Notes: generated by a model from the letters alone, not told the origin. DNA of 64,000 bases from Candidatus Dormiibacterota bacterium (GCA_963751755.1 CAVVVH010000006.1:91224-155223); one strand, 5' to 3'. Positions 1-11,993 are shown, counted from the first letter of the stretch. Numbers and translations: made by a program.

Positions 1-291
1 AGGAGTCCAAGCTGCTCGCCTTCCTCGGCTCCAAGGCCAACAACTCCACCGTGCTCCCGTCCCTCGACCAGGGACTTCTCCAGGGACCCGACCACCACGG
101 GTGGCGCGCTGGAGATGACCAACGGTGGCAACCCGCAGCCGATCTTCCGCATCTGCCTGGCCAACCCCAATCGGGTGGGTCGTCGTGCGTCGGCAACGGC
201 TTCACCACGCCAGGGCCCGGATTCGACACCCGCGTCGTTCAGCTCCGGCCAGGGTGACATGGACGTGCTCGCCGCCTGGTTGGGGGCCTAG
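1..291 (+). CDS. C-terminal end of an upstream gene, probably an MCE family protein (partial, frameshifted)
   Basis: Open frame from base 3 (ESKLLAFLGSKANNSTVLPSLDQG...) with Cys/Gly/Pro tail; TAG lies just before the ATG at 294, the same tight packing as the following MCE genes. Confidence 0.5.
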   Translation, partial: RSPSCSPSSAPRPTTPPCSRPSTRDFSRDPTTTGGALEMTNGGNPQPIFRICLANPNRVGRRASATASPRQGPDSTPASFSSGQGDMDVLAAWLGA

Positions 292-293
292 CG

Positions 294-1382
294 ATGCGCA
301 GCCGCTGGAACCTGCCGATCTGGATCCTGTACGCGGCGTTCTGCCTGCTCGTGCTCGGCTTCATCGTGCGCGGGCTGCAGTTCGGCGTGCCCTGGAGCCA
401 CCCGTACCAGGTGACCGCGACGTTCACTGACGCCGACAGCATCCTCGCCAACAACGAGGTGTTCATGAACGGCACCAAGGTCGGGTACGTCAAGTCGGTG
501 ACGCGTCACCGGCGGGCATGCCCAGGTGCAGATGGTCTTCGACAACACCAACGCGCATGCCGCTGCACACCGGACGCCACCGCGCAGGTCCGCAAGAAGA
601 ATCTCCTCGGCGAGACGTACATCGACCTGACCCGGGGCAGCGACAGCGGCCAGATCCAGTCGGGCGGCGACATCCCCGTCGACCACACCGTGCCGATCAC
701 CGAGATCGACCAGGTGCTCGCGGTGTTCGACCCCGCCACCGTCCAGCGCGTGCAGCTGCTCATCAACGCGCTCGGCGAGGGCACCACCAACAACGGCGAC
801 CGGATGAACAGCTCGGCCGGCTCGCTCAACACCCTGGTCAGCGCGCTGAACGGCCCGGCCGTCGAGCTCTCCGTGCGCAAGCAGCAGGTCAACGACATCG
901 TGCTCGAGCTGCAGAAGTTCTACACCGTGCTGGCCAACCAGCGCGAGCAGGTGCGTCAGGAGTTCGGCACCTGGGCCGCGGTGATGCAGCAGCTCGCCAA
1001 CCAGGAGCAGTCGATCGGCGGCACCGTGCAGCAGGCGGACACGCTGCTGCAGAACCTCGACGTGCTTGTCACCGGCCAGCAGGGCAGCAATCTAGCGCGA
1101 CACTCAACCAGCTGCCGGACACGCTGACCCAGCTCAACGCGTTCCTCGACCAGAGCACAGGCATCCTCGGCAACCTGGCCCATTACCGCACCGCCATCCA
1201 CGACGTCTTCCCGCACCTGGGCAGCTCGTTCTGCGGACACGGACCCGAACAACAACAACCAGCACTTCTGGTCGGTGTTCTCGGTGACCTGCCAGCGGGC
1301 AGACTGCACGAACACCGCCTCGCAGACCACCCCCAACTCCAGCGCGCCCAACGCAAGCTGGGCAGCGGCGATGGGGGGCTGA
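294..1382 (+). CDS. MCE/MlaD family protein (frameshifted)
   Basis: N-terminal TM, then ATFTDADSILANNEVFMNGTKVGYVKSV and AQVRKKNLLGETYIDL (MlaD motifs), then a helical region. Confidence 0.88.
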
Positions 1383-1383
1383 G

Positions 1384-2738
1384 ATGGACCGCACCCGCAC
1401 CTACCTCAACGCCGGCATCCTGGCCGCGTTCACCATCTTCTGCATCCTGGTGATGGAGTTCCTGGCCATCAACATCGGCCAGCCCAACCCGCTGTCGTTG
1501 AACGACTACACCGTGCACGCCGTCTTCGCCGACGCCGACGGCATCCCCACCGCGGCCGACGTGCGTGTCAGCGGCGTCGGGGTCGGCAAGGTCACCGTCG
1601 ATCTCGCACGATCCGAAGAGCCCCGGCTACAGCGTGGTCACCATCCAGATCACCGATACACACGCCGTGCCGCTGTACAGCAACGGGTTCGCCAAGGTTC
1701 GTCCGAAGACCCTGCTCGGCGAGAAGTACATCGACCTCTCGATCGGGTCGGCAGCCAGCGCCGAGGCCATCTCCTCCGGCGGTTACCTCCCGGTCGCCGA
1801 GACCGGCAAGGACGTATCCAACGACGAGATCTTCAACGCCTTCGACAGCACCACCCGCGCCCAGCAGCAGCAGGTGCTCGCCGCGCTCGACAGCGCCACC
1901 AAGGGACGTCCCGGTGACATCCAGGCCATCCTTCCCCAGCTGCAGCAGGTGGTGGCCAACCTGACCCCTGTCGCGCAGGTGTACGAGAAGGACCAGCCGC
2001 AGACCGACGACATCTTCGTGCAGCTCAACACCATCATGCAGGCGCTCGCGGACGAGCACCAGCAGCTCGCCGGCTTCCTCGCCAACGGCAACGTGGCGCT
2101 CGGCGCGATCGCCCAGAAGGACCAGGCGCTGGTGGCCACCCTCCAGGAGCGCCAGCAACGTCGCCACCGAGCTGAACACCGCGATGAACCCGACCATCGA
2201 CGCGCAGCGCAAGGCGCTCGACAAGCTGTCGGCGACCCTGGCATCGGAGAACAACCTTCTCTTCGACATCGTCGGGCCCAAGTGCAACGGCCACACGCTG
2301 TGGCATCGACACGGTCATCGCCGGCACGCTCAACGGCCAGGTGGCGTACCCCAACGACCAGCTCAACGTCACCTCGCCCAACGGTGAGGGCACCACCGGT
2401 CGCTGGGACTCGATGTTCTCCGAGCCCGGGTACGCCGGCTCCACGGCGGGACAGACGTCCACCGGGGCCAGCACCTGCAGCGTCGCACGGTCCACCAACA
2501 GCAGCCGCCAAGCACGGGCACGTGCGCGCTCAACATCGTGCTGTCGTTCCACTGCGACACGGTCGCTCAGACGCTGGCCGGGTTCCTCGCCGCCCTGCCG
2601 ACCACCGGCCCGGTGACGGCGAAGACCATCAAGGCCGCGTGCGAAGCCGCCACGGGCCACACCTTCCCCGCGTCCACCTCGGTGCCCGGGGCCCCGGGCC
2701 TCAACTCCACCTCCTATCTCGCGGGGTTCTTCGGATGA
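1384..2738 (+). CDS. MCE/MlaD family protein (frameshifted)
   Basis: TM, AVFADADGIPTAADVRVSGVGVGKV, VRPKTLLGEKYIDL, helical region, Cys-containing tail. Confidence 0.88.
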
Positions 2739-3833
2739 TCGTGAGAATCGTCCGGCTGCTCGCGTCGTCGAAGGGTCTCTTCGTGGCGGCCGTCGTCACC
2801 GGTGCCATCTCTGGACTCGGCCTGTCGTTCGGCGGCGCGTCGCACACCGTGCTCGCTCAGTTCAGCAACGTCAACGGGCTGACCGGTGGCAACGAGGTGC
2901 GCATCGGCGGCATCGAGGTCGGCACCGTGCAGTCGCTCGACGTCAAGGTCGACGCGCAGACCGGCGTCCAGTTCGCGCAGGTGTCCTTCACCGTCGACAG
3001 TGCGCACTGGCCACTCCGCGAGGGGACCACCGTTGCGGTGCGGCCGAAGGGCGTGCTCAGCAACGTCTACGTCGACGTCGAGCCGGGCTCGCCGAGCGCG
3101 CCATCGACTGGGCGACCAGCCACAGTTCGACGTCAACCACACCAGCAGCCCGGTCAACCTCGACGAGCTCTCCAACATCTTCGACCCCAGCGTGCGGACG
3201 TCGATCCGCACCCAGCTCCAGGAGGGGTCATCGTCTTCGGGGGCACCGGGCATCGGTGATCTCAACAAGACGATCGCCAACCTCAATCCGCTGACCGCGG
3301 ACGCGGTCCCGATCACCGCGGTCCTCGGGCAGCGCTCACCGGAGCTCGACCGCCTCAACTTCGAGTTCGACAAGATCAGCGGCGACCTCGCGCGCGAGGA
3401 CGCCAGCCTGCGCGGACTGCTGGTCAACGGCAACCAGTTCCTCGGCGTGCTCGCCACCCACGAGGTATCGCTTCAGGGCACGCTCGTACATGCGGCGGGC
3501 ACGCTGGCCTCGATCGACCAGGGGCTGCGCGGCGAGGAGAGCAACCTGGCGACGATCTTCCAGAAGGGCCCGAACGCGCTCAACCAGGCGAAGATCGTCG
3601 GCCGACCTGCTGGCGCCGCTGATCTCCAACGTCGATCCGTACATCGCCGACCTCGACGTGCTGCTTCACGAGTTCCTCACGGCCACCGGGTACACCTTGT
3701 CCGCACCGACACCGACCAACAACGCGTACGGAGGCCTGCTCGACATGCTGCGCGTCGACGGGTCGCTGCCGCTGCCGGGCCACACCGCCAAGTGGCGTGC
3801 GGCGGCACCCCCTCGAACCCGGGGTCCTGCTGA
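2735..3833 (+). CDS. MCE/MlaD family protein (frameshifted)
   Basis: ATGA overlap with previous gene; AQFSNVNGLTGGNEVRIGGIEVGTV and VRPKGVLSNVYVDV. Confidence 0.88.
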
Positions 3834-5168
3834 TGAGCGGAACAGGCCGCCGCGGCGGCTTCAACCCCCTGATCGCCGGTTTCATCGCCGGGGCGGCAAT
3901 GGCGCTCGTGCTGGGCCTGCTGGTCAACATCAACCTCAACCTGGCGGCGCCGTGGACGACCACGCACACCCTCACCGCGCAGGTGACCGACGTCGACGGG
4001 ATCAGCGTCAGCAGCGACGTGCGCATCGCCGGCCGCGCCGTCGGTCAGATCACCGCAGTCACCTCGCAGGGGAACTTCAGCACGGTCACCTTCCACGTCG
4101 ACGACGGGGACTGGCCGCTGCCCGGGGACACCTCGGCATCGATCCGTCTGGCGACGCTGCTCGGACAGAAGTACCTTCAGCTCACGCCGGGCACCGACCG
4201 GTCACATCCGTTCGGCGACAACGCCACCATCGCGCTGAAGGCCACCAAGCCCGTGGTGGACTTCGACCAGATCCTCAACACCTTCAACCAGCCCACCCGC
4301 GATTCGATCAAGAGCCTGATCAAGACCGCGGCGTCGGCAGTCCAGGGCCAGGAGGGCACGCTGCAGCAGCTCCTGCCCGACCTCCGCGACCTCTCGGTGC
4401 ACAGCGTGGCCCCCACCGGCGAGCTGGTCACCCGCAACGCGGAGATCAACAACATCCTCATCAACCTCGGCACCACCGCGGACCAGCTCAACCAGAGCGG
4501 CAACGACCTCGTGGGTGTCATCGACAACATGAACACCATCACCGGAGCGCTGGCCAGCAACCAGAGCGCGCTCGAGGGGTACATCACCAACACCAACTCG
4601 CTCAACCAGGTCACCAACTCGGTGCTGAGCAACGGGCACGACGCGGAGTTCAACGCGGGCCTGAAGCGGCTGGGCAGCTTCGCCACACAGCTCGACCAGC
4701 TCATGACTCACGCTGGTGCCGGAGACGTTCCACTTCGCCAACGACGCAGCCCGTCCACGCACCAGCTCGTCTACCAGGATGCCGTCAACCTGGTCTTCCA
4801 GATCGGCGCCGCGACTGCGCAGAGCGACAAGTCGGGGTTCTTCCTCCGCCAGTACGCCAATGGCGCCGACCCGTGCGGGCTGATCGGTCCCACCTGCGTG
4901 GCCACGGCCCTGCCGCCCACCGCGGCGCCCGCCGCCAGCACCACGCTGCCGAAGTGCCTGCCCGGCCTGCCGTGTCTCCCGCTCCCGCCTCTGCCCAAGA
5001 TCACCCTGCCGCCCGTGCCCACGCTGCCACCCATCCTGCCGACACCGCGGTCCGGCCCCACGCCGCCCGCGCCCACACCCACGTTGCCGATCTGCCTCCC
5101 ACCGCTCTGCGCCCAGCAGGCGAGTGACCAGGTCGTCGATGCCGCTGGCATTGTGGGGATGGCTGTGA
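3833..5168 (+). CDS. MCE/MlaD family protein with Pro/Thr-rich tail
   Basis: AQVTDVDGISVSSDVRIAGRAVGQI and IRLATLLGQKYLQL; probable stop TGA 5166-5168 in a GTGA overlap (needs one indel). Confidence 0.85.
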
Positions 5169-6427
5169 GAAAGCAACCACGCGTCCGTCCCTTCTGGAGC
5201 GGGCTGGTCGCCGCCATCGTCCTGGTCGTGGCGATGGTCGCAGTGGTGATCGGCGGGATTCCCGGGGGCCCGGGCATCTCCCTGCCGTGGAACCACACGA
5301 TGGTGCTTCACGTGCAGCTTGCCAACGCGGACGGTCTGTCGCCGCATGCCAGCGTTGACGTCGCCGGCGTCAAGGTCGGCGAGGTGCACGACGTCACATC
5401 GCAGGGTGACATCGCGGTGGCGACGCTGAACATCGACCCGCAGTACGGTGACATCCACAACGACGCCCAGGTGCTGCTGCGACCGCACGGCCTGTTCGGC
5501 CCCAAGTACATCGAGATCACGCCAGGGACCAGCTCCGGACAGACCCTGGCCAGCGGCGACACCATCAACGTGCGCAACAGCGTGCAGCCGGTCGATCTGG
5601 ACCAGGTGCTGCAGGCTCTCCAGGCGCCGGAGGCGCAGAACCTGCGCACAGCGATCGTGGAGTTCGGCAAGGCGTCAGCCGGCCAGGGCGACGACGTCAA
5701 CCACCTGCTGGCCGCAGCCAACACCCTGACCCAGACACTGCAGACCCCGCTGCTCACCCTCGACAACGTGTCCACCAACTTCAACGACTTCATCATCAAG
5801 AACGAGTCGTTCAACGCCAGCTTCGCGCAGGCGCCTCTCGACCAGCTCGTGGCGGCCAGCAACACGACCCTGGCGGCTTTCGCCGCCAACTCGGTCCAGC
5901 TCGGCTCGCTGCTCGACCACGCGGACAGCACCCTGACCACGCTCGACGCGTGCGCTGAGCGGCCAGGGCACGCAACATCAAGCAGACCATCGAGCTGCTC
6001 GGCAAGCCGGGCGGCACCATCGACAAGCTCAACACCTTCAACGGTCTGCTCGGACTGTTCGCGGCCAACCTCACCGGCAAGGAGGCGGCTCCCGGGCAGA
6101 AGGCCAGCGACGTCACCCAGGGCATCATCGACGCCATCGAGAACATCAAGTCAGCGTTCTCGTCGTACGACTGCTGCGATCACGGTCACCAAGTTGAGCG
6201 CGTGCCCCGAGCAGGACAAGGAGTACTACCTACGCGTCCAGGTCGTTCAACCTGGCCGGCAGCGACAGGCGCTGCAGAACCTCTGCAATCTGCCGATCCC
6301 TCCGGGCATCCTTCCCAAGCCGCCGGTCCCTCTACCATGCACCGTGCCTGCCAACGCCCAGAGTCGTCCCGGCTCAGACGTCGTGGCCGGCGAGTACGCC
6401 AACCTGGGCGCGTTGATCGGCTCCTGA
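5165..6427 (+). CDS. MCE/MlaD family protein
   Basis: New TM (WSGLVAAIVLVVAMVAVVIGG), VQLANADGLSPHASVDVAGVKVGEV, LRPHGLFGPKYIEI. Confidence 0.88.
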   Translation: MRKQPRVRPFWSGLVAAIVLVVAMVAVVIGGIPGGPGISLPWNHTMVLHVQLANADGLSPHASVDVAGVKVGEVHDVTSQGDIAVATLNIDPQYGDIHNDAQVLLRPHGLFGPKYIEITPGTSSGQTLASGDTINVRNSVQPVDLDQVLQALQAPEAQNLRTAIVEFGKASAGQGDDVNHLLAAANTLTQTLQTPLLTLDNVSTNFNDFIIKNESFNASFAQAPLDQLVAASNTTLAAFAANSVQLGSLLDHADSTLTTLDACAERPGHATSSRPSSCSASRAAPSTSSTPSTVCSDCSRPTSPARRRLPGRRPATSPRASSTPSRTSSQRSRRTTAAITVTKLSACPEQDKEYYLRVQVVQPGRQRQALQNLCNLPIPPGILPKPPVPLPCTVPANAQSRPGSDVVAGEYANLGALIGS

Positions 6428-6549
6428 CCGACCCGCGGCGAAGCACGCTTCCACATCGGGCGCCTGCACAAATTCGTCGCTCCAGTCCATCATGGCCGGG
6501 TCGGCGCCCGGTCGCCGCTCGCTAGACAGTTGCGCTGAACGGAGGCAGA

Positions 6550-9500
6550 GTGCTGCGACGACTCGCCGGGACCGATGGCGCGCCATCCGCTGATGGTGCT
6601 GCTCATCGCGCTGTTGACGTGCGCGGGCCTGGCGACCGGCTTCGTTCGCTTCGGTGTCGATGCCGGCCAGTCGCTGCTGGTGGGCAGCAACTCATCGGCC
6701 GGCCAGGCCAACCAGAAGTTCACCACCGAGCTTTGGCACCGACCCCATCGTGGTGGTGCTGACCGCGGGCAATCCCACCGCTCCCTATCTCGAGAAGAAC
6801 CTGCAGCGCCTCACCGCGCTCGAGCAGGACCTCGCTCACGACCCCCGGGTGGCGCAGGTGCTCGGCCCCGGGACGGTGGCCAACTCTGCGCTGTCGGCGA
6901 CGACGGCGGAGGTGAGCAAGGTGCTCACCGAGTACCCGACCTTCGTCGCCGAGACCGCGTACCTCGCCGCCCGCCAGAAGGGTCAGAACGACGCCACGAC
7001 GCTGCAGAAGGAGTTCCAGACCAACGTCACCAACGCGCAGCAGCTGCTCGCGTCTGTTCGTCGCCCGCGCCGCCGCCGACGCGCACCAGGCTCGCCAGGC
7101 GTACGCGCAGAAGCCGATCCCAGCCGGCGACCGGATCCTCGACAGCCAGGAGAAGGCGGCCGAGGCGGCCGTGGTCAACGACGCGCTGCCGCCGCTCTTC
7201 GCCGAGTACCTCGCCGGGCCTGGCAACACCGCTGACACCGCGTCGCGCGCGCACGTTCTTCGACCGGCTCACCGCCGCGTTCGGGGACTGCGACAGCTCG
7301 ATCGCCCAGCTGCTGGGGATCAGCCCGACGTGTCAGATCTACCTGGCGCGCATCCTGCTCGACCTGCCCAACTGTCCCACCGAGGCAGCCGTGCAGGCCG
7401 CCGGAGCGCAGGGCAACGAGAGCTGTTCTGCTCGCCGAAGAGCGCGTGGGCCGCGGTCCTGCCCCCCCCGTCCACCAACGCCAACGCGCGCACATCGTCG
7501 CCCGCGAGGTCATCACCGTCAGGCTCACCGCCGCGGCCGCGGCGGATCGCACGTCGGTCCTCGCCGTCCGCCAGAAGATCAGCGACCAGCTGACCAGCGG
7601 CATCGCCACCGATGCGTTCACCAAGGGCTTCACCGCTGCGCAGCTGACCCAGCTCAAGCAACTCGGTCCGCTGGCACCGTCCGACTGCGGCGGCGCCACA
7701 CAGCAGCAGAACGCCAGCTGCTTCACCAAGTACCACGACCATCCCTTCCAGTTCATCATCGCCGGCGCGCCGCTGCTCACCTACGGCGTCGTCGACTCGA
7801 TGAGCGAGACGCTGCTCATCCTGCTGCCCGTGGTCATGGTGCTGATGGCCATCCTCCTGGTGGTGACCTTCCGCGTGCGCGGACGTCTGTGGCCGCTGCT
7901 CGCCGCTGCGGGCGCCACGGCCGCGACCGTCGGGCTCTCGCTGTGGGTGGGGATCCCGGTGACGCCGGCGGTGCTGGCGGGCGTGCCGGTGCTCGTCGGG
8001 CTCGCCGTCGACTACGCCGTGCAGCTCGTGGCCCGCTACGACGAGGCGCGGCGGCTCGGATCCGATCGCGAAGCCGCCATCCAGGAGGCGATGCTGCGCA
8101 GCGGGCCGGCGACGTTCACCGCCGCGGTGGCGACGCTGGCTGGATTCGGCACGCTGATGGTGTTCGCCGGCATCGACGCCGGACCACTGGTGGCGATCCC
8201 GCTGGTCGCCGAGTTCGCGCTGGTCCTGTTCGTCGGGGTCATCGTTTCGTGGCTGGCGGCGTTGTTCATCGCGCTGCCGGCCGCGGCGCTGTGGGGCCGC
8301 GATCGTCGACGCCCGCCTCGGCGCCGGCCGGCCCCGCGAAGGCGGAGCGCACCGTGGCGATCGCCTCGGCGTGGCGCGGCGCGGTGGTGCCGGCGGTGAT
8401 CGTCGCGCTCGTCGGGTGGGTGCTGCTGCCGCGCGTGCCCGTGCAGACCCAGGTGGACCAGCTGCTCGCCGCGTCGCTGCCCCAGCTGCAGGACGTCAAC
8501 ACCGTGCGCGACCAGACCGGCTACGGCAACGAGATCGACATCTACCTGCAGGGGCAGGTGGGCGGGCCGTACAACCAGCCGGGGACACCCGGCAACGTCA
8601 CCTGGCAGTGCGAGATCTCGCAGGGGATCCGCAGCCTGCACGCCGACCAGGTGGCGCTGGCCACGTCCATCGCTGACTTCTTCATCGCCGCGTCGTCGTC
8701 GGCGACGCCCTCGGTGAACGCGCCGTGCGTCGCAGCCCCGGCGGGCACGAGTGGCGGCACGACGCCCTCGCCGGGAGCCAGCGCGAGCCCAACCCCATCG
8801 GCGAGCGCGTCCGCGTCACCGTCGCCGTCCGCGAGCGCCGTCCGCCTCTGCCTCCGCGTCGCCCGCGAGCTTCCGCGACAGCAGCCCGCAGGTCTTCCTT
8901 GCCGCCACCGCTGTCGCCAGCCAGACCGCCGCCGCATCCGCGTCACCATCGGCGTCCACATCACCGTCGGCGAGCGCGTCCGCAAGCGGCACGCCGGCCC
9001 CGAGCACCGTCGCTCCTCGACAGACCAAGACGCAGACCTCCTTCCTCTGCGACCTCCGCCTGCTGCCGGCGCTGGCACGCAACCTCGTGCAGGACATCCC
9101 CACCAGCACGCAGCCCTGCCCGGCGATCGACAAGTACCTGAACAGCTGGCTCACCGCCGACACCACGCCGATCGACCCCACCTCCGCGCGCATCGTCGTC
9201 GGCGTGCAGAGCACCTCGATCGCGGATGAGGCGCGACTCATCGACAGCATCCGCAACGAGATCGCCAACCCGCCCAACGGGATGACGGCCGCGCCCGCCG
9301 GTATCGCCGCGCTGGCGGCGCAGGCATACGACAACATCGTCGCCCGCAGCCTCCTCCTCAACCTGCTGCCGCTGGTGGTGGTGTTCCTCGCGCTGCTCGC
9401 GATCGAGCGCAACCTGCGCCGCGCCGTCCTGCCGCTGCTCCCGACCGCGATCGCCGCGGGCTGGGCGCCGCTCATCCTGCTGCTGCTCGGGCTGCTCCCG

Positions 9501-10271
9501 GGCAACCTGGGCAAGACGCTGGGCTCGTTCAACCCGCTGACCGTCGTGCTCGGCGCGCTGGTGATCGCACTCGCCACGGAGTTCGGCGTGGTCCTGCTGC
9601 GCCGCTTCGACGAGGAGTGCGCCAAGGGGATGCACCCTGACGACGCCGCGGCGGCTGCACTCGCGGTCACCGGCAAGGCGATCCGGGTGTCCGCGCTCAC
9701 CCTCGGCGCGCGGCTTCGCGGTGCTGGCGGTGAGCGCGCTGTTCCCGCACGGCCTGCCGCTGCTCGGCGCCTTCGGCCTCACCGTGCTCATCGACCTCGG
9801 CCTGGCCGTGGCCGCGGTGTTCGGGATCATGCTGCCGGTGGCGGTGGCGATCGAGCGGGCGCGCTACGAGCCCGCGCGGGCGGCGGTCCAACCCGCGACC
9901 CCCTCGCCCGCACCCTCGGCGGCAGCGTCCCGGCGCCGTCCGGCCCCCCGAGGCAGAGGTGATCACCCAGCAGACGCCTGCAGCCACGCCGCGCCCCGAG
10001 ACCGAGGCGGACCGGCGCCGGCGTGGCACCTGCATCCACCACTCCCGCCTCGTCCAGCGCAGAGCCGGCCGCTGCTCCCAAGCCGGCGGGCGGAACCTAC
10101 CGTCGCCGCGGGGTGAGCGGCAGGCGCCGGCAGCCGGGCGGCGTCGACGAGATCCCCGCGGAGGAGACGCCGACGTCGCAAGCGGAGACGCCGAAGGCGG
10201 CCGCGCCGCCCCGGCGTCAGCGGGCGTCGCCGGCGCGGTCCCGCCAGGGCCCGCCGAAGGACGCCGGCTGA
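6550..10271 (+). CDS. MMPL/RND family transporter with large Cys-containing extracytoplasmic loops (frameshifted)
   Basis: RBS GGAGG at 6541; two TM blocks with VGLAVDYAVQLVARYDE and IALATEFGVVLLRRFDEE (RND TM4/TM10-type motifs); Ser/Ala/Pro linker; disordered C-tail. Confidence 0.82.
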
Positions 10272-10296
10272 CCGAGAACAGCCGCGCGACAGCTGC

Positions 10297-10864
10297 TCAG
10301 ACGGCGCCGAGCGAGTGCAGGACGCTGAGCACGATCACCAGCAGCAGCAGCGCACCGCTGAGCGCCGCGTAGGGGAGCAGCGCGATGGCCACCGCGCTGA
10401 GACCGGGCAGGTCATACACGGCGCGCACCGCGACGGCGTTGAGCGCGACGAACCAGCACACGACCGGCAATGCCAGCAGACCGACGGCGATCGACAGGGC
10501 ATCGCCGCCCCAGTGGGTGCTCGCCGCCTGCACGACGGCGATCGCCGCGTACAGCACGAGCACCGGGAAGGTGAGACCCACTGACCGCAAGCAGCTCGCG
10601 ACGTCGTGGCGGATACCCCATCAGTCGCGCCCCCGCGCTCACCAGCAGGGCCGACACCAGCCAGAACACCACCAGCAACACGGGAACGACGATCGACAGG
10701 ATGAGCGCCGCCGAGCCGCCGTTGCCGATCACGACGGCGGCGAGCTCGAGGCCCAGGCACAGGATTCCGGTGACCACGACGGTGGCGGCGCCCGCGCCCA
10801 GGCGCGGCGCCGCGGCCGCCGCGCCGAGCGCACGGCGCGGGTGGGTCACCAGCAGGGCCAGCAT
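10297..10864 (-). CDS. Yip1-like membrane protein
   Basis: LLVTHPRRAL start, about five TM segments, AVRAVYDLPGLSAVAIALLP. Confidence 0.6.
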
Positions 10865-10936
10865 GCGCCGCCACTGTAGGCCGGGGCTGCAAATCGCCCG
10901 TCGAGCGAGGCCGGCACGACCGTGTCGAAGCTGCGG

Positions 10937-10975
10937 TATACTGACTAAGGTCAATCTGACCTAAACCCTCAGGAG
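10937..10975 (+). promoter_or_regulatory. nadA promoter: -10 TATACT, NrtR-type palindromic operator, RBS AGGAG
   Basis: TATACT 10937-10942; TAAGGTCA-ATC-TGACCTAA 10946-10964 with a GT-N7-AC core; AGGAG 10971-10975. Confidence 0.8.
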
Positions 10976-10983
10976 AGAGCCCG

Positions 10984-11961
10984 GTGCTCGCCGTCCGACC
11001 CCTTTCGCAGGCCGCGGTCGACCCCGGGCTCCCCGAGCGCATCGACCGCCTTCGCCGCCGGCGCAACGCGGTGATCCTCGCCCACAACTACCAGCTGCCC
11101 GAGGTCCAGGACGTCGCCGACTTCGTCGGCGACTCGCTCGGCCTCTCCCAGGAGGCGGCGAGGACGGACGCCGACGTCATCGTCTTCTGCGGGGTCCACT
11201 TCATGGCCGAGACAGCGGCGATCCTCTCTCCGGACCGGACCGTCCTGCTGCCCGACCTGAAGGCGGGCTGCTCGCTCGCCGACACGATCACCGCCGACCA
11301 GCTGCGCGCGTGGAAGGCCGAGCACCCCGGCGCCGTGGTGGTGTCGTACGTCAACACCACCGCCGAGGTGAAGGCCGAGTCGGACTACTGCTGCACGTCG
11401 TCCAACGCGGCGGCGATCGTCAACAGCATCCCGGAGGACCGCGAGATCCTCTTCTGCCCCGACATGTTCCTCGGCGCCCACGTCGAGCGCGTCACCGGCC
11501 GGCGCATGCACATCTGGATGGGCGAGTGCCACGTGCACGCCGGCATCGACCCGGCGCACCTCGACGCCGCCCGCCGCGAGCACCCCGACGCCGAGCTGCT
11601 CATCCACCCGGAGTGCGGGTGCACCACGTCAACGCTGTACCGCTCGTCCTCGGGCGATCTGCCGGGCGCCACCACGGTGGTCTCGTCGACCGAGGGCATG
11701 GTGCGGCGCGCCGCCACGTCGCCGGCCTCGACGTTCATCGTCGCCACCGAGGTGGGCATCCTCCACCGCATGGAGAAGCTGGCCCCGAGCAAGCGCTTCC
11801 TGCCGGCGACGCCGGGCGCGGTCTGCCCCTTCATGAAGATGATCACGCTGCCCAAGGTGGAGGCGGCGCTGGAGACGCTGTCGCCGCGCGTCACCGTCGC
11901 GCCGGACATCGCGGCCAGGGCGCGCCGCGCCATCGACCGGATGCTCGCCGTCCCGGTCTGA
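10984..11961 (+). CDS. nadA: Quinolinate synthase A
   Basis: ILAHNYQ, FCGVHFMAETA, AGCSLA, GECHVH, HPEC, CPFMK; the three Fe-S Cys are present. Confidence 0.97.
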   Translation: MLAVRPLSQAAVDPGLPERIDRLRRRRNAVILAHNYQLPEVQDVADFVGDSLGLSQEAARTDADVIVFCGVHFMAETAAILSPDRTVLLPDLKAGCSLADTITADQLRAWKAEHPGAVVVSYVNTTAEVKAESDYCCTSSNAAAIVNSIPEDREILFCPDMFLGAHVERVTGRRMHIWMGECHVHAGIDPAHLDAARREHPDAELLIHPECGCTTSTLYRSSSGDLPGATTVVSSTEGMVRRAATSPASTFIVATEVGILHRMEKLAPSKRFLPATPGAVCPFMKMITLPKVEAALETLSPRVTVAPDIAARARRAIDRMLAVPV

Positions 11962-11993
11962 GCCGGACGGACGCCGCGGACACAGGGACGGCG

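Noticed and set aside
3797-6427. 876-aa double-MCE fusion ORF
   Set aside because: A GTGA stop/start overlap at 5165-5168 and a fresh TM anchor indicate two genes joined by an indel; raw reads would settle it
8690-9030. Repetitive GCGTCC/GCGAGC tracts as a possible CRISPR or VNTR
   Set aside because: Low-complexity coding linker; no repeat-spacer periodicity and no cas genes
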